64,000 nucleotides of DNA from sequence record NC_010583.1, one strand, 5' to 3'. Origin of the DNA: Escherichia phage Eps7. Below the pieces are notes generated by a model. That model was not told where the DNA came from and did not search any database. It was given only the letters and a program-made list of their open reading frames with translations. The number at the start of each line of letters is the position of its first letter. Position 1 is the first letter of the stretch. Positions 61,270 through 64,000 of the stretch are shown piece by piece. A program made the position numbers and the translations under genes.

Positions 61270-64000
61270 TTAAGAATTACCAAGTGATTTCAGGGTGGTT
61301 CCATTCTCATTAAGAGCCTGTTCCACGGCATCCCTGAAAGCAGCACTGTTACTCGAAGCAAAGTCTCGGAAGCTAGCCGCATCCATCGTACTGATGTTCA
61401 GCACAATAGGCCTACCCGATGTACCCTTTGAAGATCCTTTGAGTTCATCAGTAGGAGTAGCCTTCATCGGAACCATAGGAGTGATTACTTCGGTACCATG
61501 CTCACCCATCTGGTAACTAACTCCAGGGTACATATTACCACCTTCTGCACGAGGTACGAAAGAGTTCGCATTACCAATCCCTTGATCTCCTCGAATATAA
61601 GAAAGTTCTCCTGCGTTAGCCGACATAGAAACGTCTACGTTCTTCTGGCGCTCTCCAAGAGACAAGTATTGAGCTGTCTCAGTACCCGAGTCTCCAATAG
61701 AAGACATACCAGATGCAGAGGATGCTTGTGCAAGAGACAATGCACCTGCAACACCTGCTGCAATCATAAGAGGGATAGACCACGGGTAAGGAACAGCTGT
61801 TGCTGCTTGCATCACCGCTACTGCCGTCTGAATTATGATCTGCTTCTTAGCTGCGTCTTGCTGGATCTTAACCTTTTCCGCTTCCAGTTTCTTGAGCTTA
61901 GCTTTAGATGCTTCGGATTTACCGTCACGTTTTTGCTCTGCTGCAATAGCCTGGTCAATAGCTGATACTTGATTACTTACTCCCATAGCAATCATTGAAG
62001 AAACCATCTGCATACCTGCCGCCACAGTGCTAACAGTATCTAAAGATCCCTGAGAGAACTGCATCATGGCATTAGTAAGATTTCCCATACTCTGGCCAAC
62101 TTCCGTTGCTTGGCTATTTAATGCTCCAAGTTTAGAAATAGCTTCGTCGTAAGAGGCCATCTGGTTCTGCATATCAGCATACTTCTTATCATCCCCAGAT
62201 AAACCAGTCGTAGGAGTATAAGTAGCTCCAACAGAAGAACCTACCTGTTGCTGCATCTGAGCATTACGTTGTGCTGTTAAAGCCGACATCTGAGCCCTTG
62301 TCTTGGCTATTTCAGCATTCCAGCGCATTTGCTCGTTAGCATTACCTTTGGTAAGTTCTTTCATCTTGGTATAAAAATCTAACTGCATTTCCATTTTTTT
62401 GCATTTCCCCTGCCAGAGGGAACATGGAAGTTAGAGTATTTTCAAAGGCTTCTTGCCTTTTACTGGTCATTTCAGCTTGCTGGTCTTGGCGGAATTTCCA
62501 GATTTCACGCCCTATCTGTGCTTGAGCACGTCTTGATTGTTCAGCTTCTTTCTGCTTATCAGCTTGTTTTGTATACCATTCGTACTTCTCTTTTTCAATA
62601 GTCAATTCAAGATTTAACTGTGCTAGACGATACTGAGTATCTGTCATAGTACGGTTATTTAAGAGAGCTATTTCACGATCAACACCAAGAATCTTATCCG
62701 TATAGTCCTTAACTTTCTTCTGAGCTTCCATGTCCTGGTTAGTAATTTTGATACGTTCTAACTGAACCTTAGCTATTTCATTCTCAATTGCCTTGTTACC
62801 TTTGTTAGTTTCTAGGACACGCTTAAGAGCTGCTTCCTGTTCTTCTAACTGTTGGATTTCTAGACGTCTACCCGCTTCCTGTGCTTTCTCTTTATCCTTG
62901 GTCTGGTTGTACACTTCGGCAATCTTTTGCTGAACTTCTAGCTGATTTTTAGTCTCATTACTAGTTAATTTTACATAACCAGCAAGAGCTTGTGAGGCAG
63001 TCTTCATCTCACTAAGAGTATTATACCCTAAGTTCAGACTCTTAACATACTCATCAGCATTTTTACCAGTGCCGGCAGATAGAGACTCAATAGTCTTAAT
63101 CGTATCCGATAGGGATGCACTAGTTTTAGCCGCAGTATTAGTATTTTCGGCAATGTTCTGGATATCGTTAGCTAAATCACTAGCAGTTTTCTTAGCCTGA
63201 TCATATGCTTTCTGCTGTTCCGTCAGTCCTTTCAGAGTTGCGGAGTTAAAGTCATAAACCGCATCAGGGTCATTCATATCCTTCTGCAGATTAATCTGCT
63301 TCTGAAATTCTGGATTAGTCTTAGCAGCCGCAGCACCAGCAGCTTGATACGCAGATTTCCAAGCATTAAGGTTTTCAGTAGAGTCATCAACTTCTTTACC
63401 TAACCTTGCTACCTGTAGTCCCATAGCTGCGGTTTCTTCTACAAACTTTTTGTTAGCTTCGGAAGAACCTATGCGCACTCCCCCTACTTCAAATCCCCCA
63501 GCAGCTAATCCAACAGGCATTCCCTCACCCACTAATCTAATAGCGGCAGCAGTACTAGCATCTGCTTGGGACATACGTTTATCAAACTCAGTCTTTAGTT
63601 TATTACGCTTATCCAGAGACTCTTTATACATATCAAGAGCTTTATTATATCCTTCCTCGGAAGCGGAAAGACTTAAAGCTACAGCACCAACGTTAGTTGG
63701 GTCAATCTGACGGTTAGTTTCTTCTTGTGCTCTAGCAGCAGAAGCCGAGATAGATGCTTGAGAAGTATAGAATACTGCGTTAATAGAATCAATTACCGGC
63801 CCTAAATACTTAGCAGCAGCCTGTTGAACCTTTCTTAGTGCAGCATCAGCGTTAGCAGCAAACTGTTCCCATGGAGTTGCACGGAGTACGTCATCCAAGT
63901 AGCCGAAACGTTTAGTAGATTCAGCAATTACTGCGTTAGCATATGCTTGTTGCTTTTGGAAAGTGGAAAGACTATTGACGTTATATGTGATACCTGTGTT
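61270..64000 (-). CDS. pb2: tail tape measure protein (T5 pb2-like), N-terminus beyond window; frameshift at T7 tract 62364-62370
   Basis: Ala/Gln-rich coiled-coil, frame open to window edge; ORFs 62342-63898 and 61270-62394 join if the A7 run is read as A6 (...AGEMQKMEMQLDF...). Confidence 0.75.

Overview
This window is a slice of a T5-like virulent siphophage genome (Demerecviridae/Tequintavirus-like), judged from gene content and order; no search was run. Three blocks are visible. (1) 1-24.9 kb, minus strand: an early region with about 21 tRNA genes interleaved with small ORFs, a PnuC/NadR-like NAD+ salvage pair, an SPFH/NfeD pair, an HslV-like protease, RNase H, thymidylate synthase, DHFR, class I ribonucleotide reductase (nrdB, an HNH endonuclease, nrdA) and a PhoH-like protein. 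These are driven by at least 16 copies of a conserved promoter plus leader cassette. (2) 25.1-52.0 kb, plus strand: anaerobic RNR nrdD, a Sir2-like protein, a split NAD-dependent DNA ligase, a DnaB-like helicase, primase, an 855-aa family A DNA polymerase, an SF2 helicase, SbcD/SbcC-like nucleases, a flap endonuclease and dUTPase. (3) 52.3-64.0 kb, minus strand: late tail genes in the T5 order (tape measure, distal tail protein, baseplate hub, pb4, collar, L-shaped tail fibre). The most interesting signal is a ~1.05 kb promoter-driven, ORF-free, GC-elevated region (10710-11791) co-transcribed with tRNA-Arg, which I propose as a candidate large structured ncRNA. At least 13 genes are interrupted by +/-1 frameshifts, almost all at homopolymer tracts, where changing the run length by one restores conserved motifs; these look like sequencing errors rather than pseudogenes. 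tRNA anticodons were read by eye and are tentative; coordinates of RNA and regulatory features are approximate to a few nt.
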